Positions 36,601-61,176 of a stretch of 64,000 bases of DNA are shown here, in pieces. Source of the stretch: Podarcis melisellensis (Eukaryota). Each line of letters starts with the position of its first letter. The stretch's first letter is position 1. The stretch lies in the NCBI GenBank assembly GCA_964234715.1, contig OZ174282.1; one strand, given 5' to 3'. A program made the position numbers and the translations under genes. A model generated the notes under the pieces. It made no database searches, was not told where the DNA came from, and was given only the letters and a program-made list of their open reading frames with translations.

Positions 36601-37962
36601 ATAATAATAATAATAATAATTTTTATTTATACCCTGCCCTCCCCAGCCAAGGCCGGGCTCAGGGCGGCTAACAAGCAATAATAAAAACAAGCTGAATGAT
36701 TACAACTTAAAAACAAAATTAAAATACAACATTAAAATATTGAAACATTAAAATATTTATAGACACCCGGAAGTAATTACTGTGAGAAAATGAATGATAA
36801 AGTACAGTAGTTGAGTTTCTTAGAACTACACTCCAAAGGTGCTAGGCCATTCCTAATGGTTGGCTTCTGGAAACCATCACACTCAACTACAAGCCACACC
36901 AAAAACTCAATAAACTCAATCTCTTAATACACACATCAACATTCTCCAATTTGAAATAGATTTCATGAAGGCTCTGAAGTTTTCAGGTACTTAGGGGGCT
37001 AAAGGCGGCCTGGGGGGGGGGAATCCTAACCCTTCTCCTGACCATCTGTGATGGGCTTAAGGAAGCATTCATTTAAGGGGGGATGTATGTATCCTAACCA
37101 TCTTCCTGAGAATCACAGCTGGCTGTTTTCAGACCTTCCTTCTGGGTTCTGTGCTGTTGGTTAGTTGTACTTTGTGCATTTTCTTTAAAAATCATTATTG
37201 GATGAATTTCCCCCCAAACTGATTTTAGAACTTTGAATTTATTGTTATTCACACTTTTATACTGTATTTTTGTTGTATCACAATTGTTTTAAATTTGTTA
37301 GCCACCCTGAGCCCGGTTTTCTGAACTGGGAAGGGCGGGGTATAAATAAAAAATTATTATTATTTCCCTTAATGTCTAAAGGCAAATGACAAACGTTCCA
37401 GGGACACAGACTGTATTATATTTTAAGTTGCTTTAGGTTCATTATTTCTTAAATGAAAGCACCTAATGACTATTAAATGTAATATGTCACTGTTACTTAT
37501 TTACATTTATATAAGTGGAACCAGGGCTATTACGTGACATATTTTAATGCTTGATGTTTTAGTATGTTCTGATATGTGCTGTGAGCCGCCCAGAGTGGCT
37601 GAGGAAACCCAGCCAGATGGGCGGCGTATAACTAATAAAATTATTATTATTAGTTATTTACACTCACGTTCCTTAGCAGGAAATACCTTTACAGTTATTT
37701 AACCCAGCGAGAATGTTCCCCAAATGCCCCTTTCGTAAAACAAACTGGTCTCCTCACCGTATATGACGTCGCGCAGCTGGCGAAAGTCCTGGCTGCGCCC
37801 GGCCCGGAAAGCCTGAAGGGCTCGGTGGGCGTAGAAGAGGATGGCCCACCGGTTCACCGCCTCCTCCAAGGCCTTTTCGCGAGCCTCCGCGGCTCCTTCG
37901 GGCGATGCAGCAAGAGACGCTCCAGGGCCGCCGCCCGCCATCTTCCCTCTCCCGCGCGCCAT
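30698..37962 (-). CDS. TERF2: Telomeric repeat-binding factor 2, 9 coding exons, 567 aa (alternative ATG at 37941)
   Basis: Exons 37962-37758, 36234-36020, 35433-35347, 34967-34821, 34157-33772, 33587-33219, 32589-32513, 31606-31548, 30856-30698 (1704 nt). TRFH domain (LEEAVNRW…LTPLE), RAP1-binding-like [11 protein letters not shown], acidic WSDEDELF, and telobox Myb [19 protein letters not shown]…IKDRWRTMK. Confidence 0.95.
36576..36760 (-). repeat. (AAT)n microsatellite forming the tail of a retroposon 3' fragment
   Basis: About 45 bp of AAT repeats adjoining tttataccctgccctccccagccaaggccgggctcagggcggctaac. Confidence 0.65.
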
Positions 37963-39400
37963 CCCGCCGGGAAGGGGGCGTTGGCGTAAGTGACGACTTT
38001 AACGGGTCCTTCCCCTGACGTGACGGTGGGCGGGGCAGGAGGGGGGACCGCGGAGGGCAGCGCTGCTCAGAGCCTGGGACCCTGTAGTCTCAGCACCGTC
38101 CCGGTCCCCCGGGGCTCTCTCTGCTCACTCCTCTGCCTGGAGGCCCACAAAGCGCAGAGGGTGGAAGGGAAGGCTATGGGCAGCTCGCCCCTCGCCGTGG
38201 CGCTGCTTGCCCAGGGAAATCAAGGGGGCAGCCGGGCAGGTTCCAACAGACAGAGGCAGAGAAAGCGGACTTGGGGAGGATACAGGACGGAGCACGAGGG
38301 CCGAGACCGGGACACTGTCTCTGGCAGGGGATTTCCAGGGTGATGGCTGCGCTGCACGTGCGAAGTCACCAGAGAGGGGGGATCAAGATGCCCCAACAGC
38401 TGGGGGGTGGGATCATCTGCAGCAGTTGCCAGATGCTCCCGCGTTGTCTCTTGTGCCTCTTCAGCCAATCAAAGGGAGCCGCTGTTTCTCCCTCTCTCGT
38501 TTCATGCTGGCCATCTCCCTTCACGCCTGTGCGGCCTGCCTCGCCCCTTCCAGGAAGGCGCCCTACGCCTCTGCCTCGGGCAGCTTGGGGAACAGGGGTC
38601 CCGGAGATCGGTCCTGCTTGGTTGGCTGGAGGAAGGTGGGGTAAAGCCCCACCTGCGATTTCTGGGTCGGGAGACGGGTTGCATATGGGGCTGGGCTCCA
38701 TAAGGACTTCTTTTGGCTGCCCATAATTTTTCTTCCGTTGTTGATATCCTTTTCTTTTCATATCACTCTGCGAAGTCTTAGCACCCGACACAACATTGCG
38801 GGGGAAAAAACAATGGGCAACTATTCAAACTAGACCAAAGGGAGTGAAGCTGCATTAAAAGCGTTTTATTTTGCATGGGAAATGCGAGCGGTTTTTAAAT
38901 ACTATAAAACGCAACTTCTCGGGATGCACACGGCTTTCGGCTGCTCCTGAGGGCTAGATCTGCAGCCCTGCTGGGATCATTTCGGGGGGGAAAGGCAGAA
39001 TGTAATCGAGGCTGCCCCTAAACTCGGGAATTGAGAGACTATAAAAGAAGACGGAAGTTTTGCCTCTTGTGTGTTTATAGTGCAGCGCGCTTCTTTGTAG
39101 CTCAGTTTCCGGCTCTCTACCGGAAGTGGAGCCCATGTGCATCCTCCTTTTGCTGCCATGGCGGGAGCTGCGGGCGCGTCGCTCTGGGTGAGGAAGGTCG
39201 CACAGTGGGCGGGTGCTGGGCTCAAGGGTGGGCCGTAGCTTCGTGCCAGAGCAGGCATTTTGCAGGTCGAGGTACCCTGTGAAGAAAGTGCCTTTGCTCT
39301 GCCGGGGAGAGCCTGGAGGGAGGCCCGCCTTTGCCAGTCAGAGCAGGCGATACTCGGTGGGCAAATTATTTGCCTCCCGCAGTGCTCTGCGCGCGCGGCA
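37750..39400. promoter_or_regulatory. CpG-rich divergent promoter region of TERF2 and DHODH
   Basis: Head-to-head ATGs at 37962 (-) and 39158 (+). CRE-like TGACGT, CCAAT, and ETS CCGGAAGTG at 39120. Confidence 0.7.
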
Positions 39401-42400
39401 CACCCACCCACCCGTGTTGCTGGTTTGAAGCAACTAATGGGGAAATGCGGAGTGGATTCTTCTGTCTTGAGTCGGGGCTGGATGCGCTGTAGGACGATAT
39501 GCAGTCTTGCAGTTGTGGTTGCCCAGAAACAGGATACCAGCCTCCAATTCAAGGGGAAAGTTGCAACTCCTTCACTACAGTGACACCTATAAAAGCGCTT
39601 AACTCCTCTTACTGCTTGAAAGGGACTAAGCGAAGTTTGCAGGGCTGGTATCATGCCTTCGAGAGAGGAAGGAGCCGATGCCGGTCAGAGCAAGCAGCCT
39701 GACCTAGGTGGTCCAAAAATCGGGGGGGGGGCGGGCGGCGGCGGGAAGCAGCTTCTTGCCATTCCTGAGTGAACCGTGCAGCTTGAACGTAGTTGCTGGG
39801 AGGGCTCCAGTGGCCAGCTGTGAGAGCAAAACCCTTTGGGGTAGGCTGGAGCAACAGCCAAGGCAAGCAGAGGTGGAGCGGGTGCAGCTTTTGCTGAGCA
39901 GCAATGGTTCTCCTGCCTGTCATGCAGCTGCTGAAGGGCTGGAGGCAGATTCCTCTACCAAAAGGCCTCCTGTCAGATCCGGCCAGTCATTACCAGGAGC
40001 CAGTAGTAATTGGAAGCTATGCGTTCCTTGTGTTTTGGCATCTGAAATCCTCCCCTTTTGCCATCCCAGGTAGTACCAGCAGCTCTTCAACAGGATTCCT
40101 GCTGCGTTTAGCCCTTTCAGAGTGCCCCATGCGGACCAGCTGCTTTCTCAGTTTTAGGGTCAGTATTTATCCCAACTGGGATGATGAGGCAGGGTAGCTT
40201 GGCCAGGTCTAGCCAAAGCCAACTTGGAGCTTTAACCTAGATATACCAGACAGAGTTCTGTGGGTGTGTTAGGGTGGAGCAGGGTAGTAGACCTTCCTCC
40301 TCCCGTTCTCCAGGGGTTGGGTGGGCTGTAGGCTTGGGGGTGTATCTCACTCTCTTTGCTCTCCCAGCGACGCTTTAAGGAGGCAACAGTGATTCTCGGT
40401 GGGGGCAGCCTGATCTTCACCTCATACCTGGTGGTCAAGGGAGATGAGCATTTCTACGCTGCACAGCTGATGCCACTCCTGCAGAGAGTGGTGGGCCCTG
40501 AGACAGCCCACAGGCTGGCTGTGCGCTTTGTGGCTCTGGGGATCCTGCCCTGCTCAAGCCAAGCTGACTCGGATGCATTGGTGCGTAAACTATGCAGGTG
40601 ACTGGCGGTAGAGGCTGCTGTGCTTCTGTTTTGGGCTCTGCCTCTCATCCTACTGCTCCTAATCCCTTCCTGTGGGCCCACCATGCCCTTTCTCTCCTGG
40701 GACAGGATGGGGCCTTGCCTGTCTCTTCTGCTGCCTAAGGCTTTCTGCTGGTTAACAGGTGCTTAATTGGCTTCCCAGGCAGTGGAAGTCTTTGGGCGCC
40801 GGTTTCGGAACCCTCTTGGCCTGGCTGCTGGTTTTGACAAGCATGGAGAGGCTGTAGATGGACTCTACAAGATGGGATTTGGCTTTGTGGAGGTGGGGAG
40901 TGTCACCCCAGAGCCCCAAGAGGGGACCCCCAGGCCCCGTGTCTTCCGGCTGCCAGAGGACCAGGCCATTATTAACAGGTAGGAGGCTGGAACAGAGGTG
41001 GGTGGTAAGGGTGAGCCTTTGACAAGCCTCTCCTGCAGTGGAGGATGAGGTGATGTATTGAGGAAGAGAGGGGTGGTGGTATTCACCTGAGCTGTGTCCA
41101 CCACTTTCTAGGTATGGGTTCAACAGCCATGGGCATGCAGTGGTGGAGCACAGACTTCGAGCCCGACAAGAAACTCAGCGTCAGCTCAGCTCAGGTGAGG
41201 TGGCTTGTGTCCTCCCTGCCCATGAGCCATGGAAAATCCCAGCCCCCTTCTTCCCCCCACCCAATTGCTGCTGTACTAGTACATGCTTGTGGCAGTCAGA
41301 TCTGGAGAGGAGCTTTCAGGGAACGTGAAGAGTGGCAAGGAGCAAATAATGTTACAATTGATTAGTGGAGGATTTCTGGATCCTGCCCTGGACCCTTCCC
41401 AGAGCATCTCTGGTCAGGAGCAGTGCCTGCCTGAGTGCCAGTGGCTGCTTTCTTTTACCCAGCCCTAACAGGCCCACTGTGGCCCTGTGCTCTCCCTGGG
41501 GCAATCTCTTATGTGTCTGCCCCCTCACCAGGGATTCCTCATGTAGCAGTCATCTTTGCTCTGGCCTTCCCTGTCTGACTGGCTTCTGTTTGTGCATCCT
41601 CTCCCTTCCTAGCGGGGATGCCTCTTGGAATAAATCTTGGCAAGAACAAGGCCTCTGTGGATGCAGCAGCCGACTACGTGGCAGGTGTGCGTGTGCTGGG
41701 CCCGCTGGCTGATTACCTGGTGGTGAATGTTTCCAGCCCCAACACACCGGGACTGCGGGCCCTTCAAGGCAAAGCCGAGCTGCGCCTCCTGTTGGCCAAG
41801 GTGGGTCTCTTGCCCCAAGAGCATTTCCTGTCCTCTTGGTCCCCTCCAGTAAGCAGCCAGGGCGCCCTCTGGCACACTTTCAGCGCCTGCTCTCTGGGCA
41901 GAGGGCAGCAGCTGCTTGGAGCAAAGGAGAAGCAGCCTACTGCTCCAATTTCACATTTATTGAACAGTGCCTGGCAAAGGAAGGCCAGGGCTTTGCTAGT
42001 ACATTGTTCACACATCCTACTGCATACCTGATTGAGAACCTTGTACAAGTGCGGCAGCCTTGCCTCCAGATGGAGGTGGATCAACAGGAGGCTGCTTCTA
42101 TCTTGCCTTCCTTCCATACCTGCCCTTTGGATCCTGCTGTTGAGCCTCTCTTGCTCTGCAGAGCTCAGCGTCTGTCCCTAGTTCATAGCAGGGGCAGTTC
42201 CCCTCTCCTAGGTGTGTTGTGCTGCGCTCCATGGCTTGTAATCATGTGCCCTTCTGGGCAGTGTGAATGTGATCTTTGGCTGTGTGCTTCTTGGCAGGTG
42301 CTGGCTGAGAGGGACGCCTTGGCATGCAAGCACAAGCCGGCTGTATTGGTGAAAATTGCTCCAGACCTCACGGCCCAAGACAAGAAGGACATTGCCAGTG

Positions 42401-43458
42401 TCGTCTCTGAGGTGATGCAGGGGTGGGTGGGCAGGAGTGGTTCTGTCTGGCTGCTGCCTCAATTATGCCCCGTTGGTTTGGCCTTTTATGCCTTGTTCTA
42501 GAGCAGCTCCCTTAAGTGATCACCTTGCCCCATGTGGGCCTCTTTGATCACTTCCATCTGTGGAACTTGCACTTTTACACCCACCACTCTGCACTCCTCG
42601 CAAGAGCAATCTCGTGAGCATAGCAGCACTTGGAACTCCCTGCCTCTTGATACTGGGCAGGCACCCTCACCATATTGCATTTGGCAAGCGTCCCCAGACA
42701 TGTAATTTAGTCACCTATATCGGCTTTAAATATTTATTGAATTTATCGTTGTTTTGAATTGAGGTGGCTTTACATACCTTTGCTTTTAGTGAACTGTGGA
42801 TTTCAGCTGTGTTTTAGTTTAAGCTATATTTGTATGCTATTTGGGAGATAGATTTTTGATTAAGTGGTTTTATGAATTTCCTTTAAATAAGAGTGAGATT
42901 GGGGTAGGGCTAGACTTTCAGGGCCACCGCGGGCGGTGGGAAGGAGGGCAGTGCATAGGAGGAGGCTGTGGCTCTGAGGCTTGACTGGGCTCCCTTTTTC
43001 CCAGTTAGGCGTTGATGGACTGGTGGTCACCAACACCACTCTGAGCCGCCCCAGCACCTTGCGTGCAGCTCTTCGTGGGGAGGCTGGGGGTCTAAGCGGA
43101 GCTCCCCTGCGAGAGCTCTCCACTCAGCTGGTCAGCGAGATGTACTCTCTCACCCAAGGTAAGGAGATAGAGGCTGGAGGGAGGGAGGAGGGGTTCAGGT
43201 GGGAGGGACTCCAGAATCCCTCCCACTAGCAGCCTCTTCTTGCCCCCCAGGACGGGTCCCCATCATAGGTGTAGGTGGAGTCTCCAGCGGGCAAGATGCC
43301 TTGGACAAGATCCGTGCAGGGGCCTCCTTGGTGCAGATGTACACTGCCCTCACCTACCGTGGGCCACCTGTGGTGGGTGCTGTGAAACAGGAGCTGGAGG
43401 CTCTGTTAAGGTGAGTACCAGGCTGGGCCCAGCTCCCAGCTTCTTGATGGCCCAAACT

Positions 43459-43494
<36 letters not shown>

Positions 43495-44545
43495 GAGAGA
43501 GAGAGAAAGAAAGAAAGAAAGAAGGGGTGCACCTAACAGGCCCTCAATCCAGCTGTGTGTTGCAGATACATCATGAAGTTACTTCAGATTCAAGCAAAGT
43601 TTTGCTGATTAGAAAGCACAGCAGAATGAGATTGCTGCCAGCATGAGATTAGGCTGTAGAGGGAGCTGAGCAGACCACAAAACTGTCTGTCTTCCACCTA
43701 GGTTGTCATGCTGGGCTCCTTATTGCATGTATGCTCTCCATTTACACTGCAAGAAGCTGATCCCTGATACTCTTTACATCAGCTTCAAGTAGCTTGTCCT
43801 CCATGCTTGATGTTCTGTGTCTCTCGCTCTGCCTCTTACACCCATTTCTTCTCTTCCTCCCACATTCTGCTTGCCAGCCAGCCCGCCTTTCCTCCAGACC
43901 TGCTTCCTAGCCCCTGGCACATCTCCTCTTGGAAGCCCCTGCTGCCACCTGTTCTTCCACCTGTCCCTTATCTCCAGTCTCAAATTACCTTCCACTTCCA
44001 CCAAGACAAATTACCTTATCTCCACTACAGTTCCTTTGTGTCATTTTGTGGTCTGTGGAGCCTTGGCGGCTTTGCAGCAATTGATGTCTGGGACAACAGT
44101 AGTCCCAAAACTAGTAAAAACAGACCTTGCTTTCTATTCTTTATACCTGTGCATCTGTTGTCTTATCCAAACAATCAAATATGTACTACGTAGAGGATAA
44201 AGTGGTCTTGATCCTGTGGGTATTTCACATCCTTGGTTTCCTGTGACTCTCCTGCAGGTCACAAGTCCCCTCCCCACAACGTACAAGGATCTGCTCTTAC
44301 AAGCATAAGCTTTTCTGGTTACCTTTTGTAGCTGGGGAGGGAGATGGGGGCCCAAGTGGGGAGCTGGTATCTTAAGCAAATAAGGACTTTGCTTGGGTTG
44401 AGGTTTTATCTTTCTAGGCGCCAAGAAAACTGCAGGGCCAGAGACAGCTAGCTGGTCTACTCACTCTGTGCTGTTTTGTCCTTTGTGCAGGGAGCAAGGA
44501 TTCCAGAGTGTGCAGGATGCTGTGGGTGCAGATCATGGCCTCTGA
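39158..44545 (+). CDS. DHODH: Dihydroorotate dehydrogenase (quinone), mitochondrial, 9 exons, 398 aa
   Basis: Exons 39158-39187, 40368-40580, 40779-40978, 41112-41194, 41613-41800, 42298-42411, 43005-43158, 43251-43410, 44491-44545 (1197 nt). Motifs [34 protein letters not shown] and GGLSG. Confidence 0.97.
43461..43522. repeat. Compound (GT)n(GA)n(GAAA)n microsatellite
   Basis: Directly visible in the last DHODH intron. Confidence 0.9.
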
Positions 44546-45198
44546 GGACTCCTGACATGGGCTTAGTGTGACAGCAGGCACTCTGTGGGCACAGAGATGC
44601 TTGTTTGCCCAGGTCACCATGGTAGCATCCAGCATGTTTCCAGCATGTTTCTGCTTGTAGTCCTGCTGGCCCCCTTGTCTTCCCCTACATGAGGGCAGGG
44701 GGGCTTCCATCAAGATCAGCTTGGTTGTTTTTCCAGCAGGGAACAAAAAAGTGCCTCCCTTAAGAGCTTCGCAGTGTACTTCTTAATGCAAACTTTTGCA
44801 GTCCAGCAGGTACTAAATGTCCCTGGAACAGGATGAGCAAACATTGACACAAGTCAAGTAGGCCAGGCTGGGGCTGGCTTATTTCATCAGAAACTATCAA
44901 GCAACGCAGAGGGCCAGGATCTGTGTGTATCCTCAGCCAAGCCAAAGTCAAGGAATTCCCCTCATCTGCTGAGACCCAACAGAGTCAGGTCTGCAGTGTA
45001 ATTCAGTCCCTCCCAGATGGGATTAAGTAAAATGGGAGTATGGCAGAAATAATTTCTCTGTTTCATCCCAGAGACCACTCTTGATTTTAGGATGCTGAAG
45101 AGGATGGGGGCACGATCAGCATTGCTCTGAGGGGCTGTGGTATTTTATTCCCTGCCTTGCATTCGGCGGGAGGTGGCTCTTTTTCTGGGTGGTCTTTC

Positions 45199-45204
45199 AA
45201 TAAA
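45199..45204 (+). terminator. Candidate DHODH poly(A) signal
   Basis: AATAAA followed by a GT/T-rich stretch. Confidence 0.55.
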
Positions 45205-45410
45205 GCTTTTGTTTATTTGTTTAAACTTGTTTTTATTTTATATTTTTTTAATTATGTTTTTAAATTTGGTATTACAATCCCATATGACAAGTGCATTTCA
45301 CTTGTTTTATGATGGAGATCAGCATACAAAAGGTTAAAAAACATTGCCAATGGTGGGTGGGATTTCTCTTCAATTATTAAAAGTAAATCTAAAGGAGCGC
45401 ATATTGTTTC

Positions 45411-46823
45411 TTTTTTAAAAAAATAATATTTATTACTTTCCCAACAATTTAAACACTACAAAGGAAAAAAAGTTAAACAATACAATACAATACAAAAACA
45501 AAGACACTAAATAACACTAACACTAAAACATTAAACTAACAAAACAAAACAAAAACAATTTAAGACACATTAAACAATTTCAATATCTTATCTTTCATTC
45601 ACTTGTTTCAACGACCTCATCACACCTCCTTTTTTGTATTCCACTTCAGTTAACTGTTTCAGCAATTCCTTTCCATCTTCCTCTGTTTTTTGTCCTGTAA
45701 TTATCTTAACATATTCTAACCTTATTTTTTCCCTTTAATACATTAATAATCTATTTGTACTTAGTTCCTTATAACATTTCTGCTAAAGCCATATAACTTC
45801 ATTCCAACATTTTTCTAACATTCATTGATTTTACAGTATTTCTGTAAATAGTCTTTAAACTTTTTCCAGTCTTCTTCCACCGATTCTTCTCCCTGGTCTC
45901 GGATTCTGCCAGTCATTTCCGCCAGTTCCATATAGTCCATCAACTTCATCTGCCATTCTTCCCGGGTGGGTAAATCTTGTGTCTTCCAATACTTCGCGAT
46001 GAGTATTCTTGCTGTTGTTGCATACATAAAAAAAGTTCTGTCCTTCTTTGGCACCAGTTGGCCAACCATACCCAGGAGAAAGGCCTCTGGTTTCTTCAGG
46101 AAGGTATATTTAAATACTATAATCATTTCATTATAAATCATCTCCCAGAATGTCTTAATCCTTGGGCATGTCCACCAAAGGTGAAAGAATGTACCTTCAG
46201 TCTCATTACATTTCCAACATTTATTGTCAGGTAAATTATAAATTTTTGCAAGCTTGGCTGGTGTCATGTACCACCTGTAAATCATTTTCATTAAATTCTC
46301 TCTTGGGGCATTACATGCCGTAAATTTCATACCTGTGATCCATAACTGTTCCCAGTCAGCCATCATTATGTTATGTCCAACGTCTTGTGCCCATTTTATC
46401 ATAGCTGATTTCACCATTTCATCCTGAGTGTTCCATTTCAACAGCAAGTTATACATTCTTGACAAGTTCTTAATTTTTGAATCTAACAATTCTGTTTCCA
46501 ATTTTGATTTTTCCACCTGGAAACCAACTTTTTTGTCCAAATTGTATGCCTCCATTATTTGGTAATAATGGAGCCAATCTCGCACTTTGTTTTTCAATTT
46601 TTCAAAGCTCTGCAGTTTTATTCTGTCTCCATCTTGTTCCAGAATTTCCCAATATTTCGGCCATTTGGCCTCCATATTGAGCTTTTTCTGTGCCTTCGCT
46701 TCCATTGGTGACAACCATCTTGGGGTTTTCTTTTCTAACAAATCCTTATATCTTAAGAAACATTAAACAATGCTTTTCTAACAATATGGTTTTTGAACGC
46801 TTTATGTGCTTTTACCTTATCAT
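45411..46823 (-). mobile_element. Young 5'-truncated L1/Tx1-type LINE with 18-bp TSD
   Basis: Open 308-aa ORF2 C-terminus (45815-46741) with CCHC knuckle CWKCNETEGTFFHLWWTC, a 3' UTR and an A-tail. The direct repeat AGGAGCGCATATTGTTTC lies at 45393-45410 and 46824-46841. Confidence 0.9.
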
Positions 46824-47899
46824 AGGAGCGCATATTGTTTCACTTCTATGGCCAGGCACAGGCATCTCCCAAGGGTAGAAGTTCTCTCGTGGAGAAGGGC
46901 CCTGCAGCTGCCCTTGGACCCGTGGCTTGAGGAAGAGGTGCCAGCTCCGGGGGTAAATCTGCACAGTTCTGAGAGCTCTGGTGAGGGGGGAGGGGCAACA
47001 TTTGAAGACCCAGTTTGTTTGTATTTCAGTGGTAAGGGGGTTGTGCCCTGGCACCCAATGCAGGCTTTGCAGCAGTGACTGGGAGGTTATCCTAGGAATT
47101 GCACCCATGCAGAATAAAAGGGGGGCAGCTGGACACAAAAGGCGTCAGACGAACCCAACGCCCAAGGAGTGACTCGCAAGGGCGCAAACAGCGCAAATCA
47201 TCCCACCGGACTCTCCAGCCGCGGGAAGGGGGGGCTGATTTGGCTCTGACGTAGGAAGGGCGGGAGGAGACGGACCCAGAGAAGCCCCGCCCCCGGTCCA
47301 AGAGGCTCGTCTGTTGCCGGGGTAACGGGTTATGTCACCCTAGATATAAGAAAGGGTAAGAGCGGCCCTTCTGGTGCGCGGGATTTTCGGGCTCCTGAAA
47401 ACCCATCCGGCTGAAATCCGAGCCGCTTTGGGTAGAGAGCGCGGGACTCGCGTTTGCCCCTTTGTGGGCTGCAAGTGTCCTAGACCCGCAGTCTTCAACC
47501 TTTTCAGTCTCTGGACCCGCCTTTAACCAAACATGCATTTGGGGACCAATCTTGTAATCGTTTACCACATATTTGCACAGTGGTGGCGCTGCTGTTGCAA
47601 CCCATCTCGGATCAGGCCATGACCCACAAGCGGGTCTCGGCCCACCACCACTTGGACTAGATGACCCCCGCGGCCCCTTCCGACTCTACTGTTCCATGAC
47701 CTATGGCTGGGGAACTTCCGGCCCAGCAGAGGATGGATGGACTACAATTCCCATCCTCGTCTCTGGCCACGCTGGCTGCTGGGAGCTGCGGTCTCTAACA
47801 GCACCTGGAGGGCCATGAATGTCCCCGCGCAGCTCCCCATCCCTGCATTAGCCCCGTTCCCGCCCATGATCTCGAACTGCTTTCTCAGCTGTCTGAGGG

Positions 47900-48460
47900 A
47901 GCGGCACCCCCTCCTCTTCTGAGGGGAAACTGCTAGTTCTGCCGCCTTCCGTTCCAGCTGTGCGGAAGTCCGGAATCTCTTCGCGCAGTTTCCTGTGGGC
48001 GGCTTTTACGTTCCCTCCTCTGGGCGGCGGCAATCCGGAAATCCCGCCTCCGCACAAGGACTCGTTCGGTCGGTCTAGGAGCCGCGCTGCTGCACATTCT
48101 ATAACGACTCTATGGCGCGGGGAGAGGCCGTCGCAGCTGCCGTCGCGGGGCATTGTGGGGCGGGCAATGGCGGCGCCCGGCAAGCGGAGGGTCAGGCCTT
48201 GAAGCGGCGGCCGCGCGGCGGCGGAGGGTGAGGCTGAGGCGGGCAGGACTCTGCCCCCGTCTCTGTCCCGAAGGCGAAGCGAGGCCGGGCCAGCGGGTTG
48301 GGCGGCGCTGCTGCTGCTGCTTCCGCTGCCGCTTTCAGCGCGGTGTGTCGTCCAGTGGCAGCCCCTCCAACAGCCCGATTTTCCCCGCCGCCGTTAGGCG
48401 CCACCCCCCTTGCCGCCCGGTCCCCGTCCCGCTGACTCGCGTGCCTCATTGCCTCCCCGC
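47900..48460 (+). promoter_or_regulatory. DHX38 CpG-island promoter and non-coding exon 1 (donor at 48227/48228)
   Basis: Several ETS-like CGGAA motifs, a GG|GTGAGG donor, and an acceptor at 48461-48462 just before the ATG at 48474. Confidence 0.65.
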
Positions 48461-48473
48461 AGAGAGCCCTGCA

Positions 48474-61176
<12,703 letters not shown>

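Noticed and set aside
39135-39187. Out-of-frame AUG upstream of the DHODH start
   Set aside because: Weak context (cccATGt) and probably at or before the TSS.
46990-47036. Peptide EDPVCL resembling TXNL4B (…DEDPVCL…)
   Set aside because: Only 6 residues match, the flanks are dissimilar, and the strand is opposite to the mammalian orientation; probably chance.
47335-47360. PSE/TATA-like TCACCCTAGATATAAG suggesting an snRNA-type gene
   Set aside because: No recognisable snRNA or Pol III transcript lies downstream.
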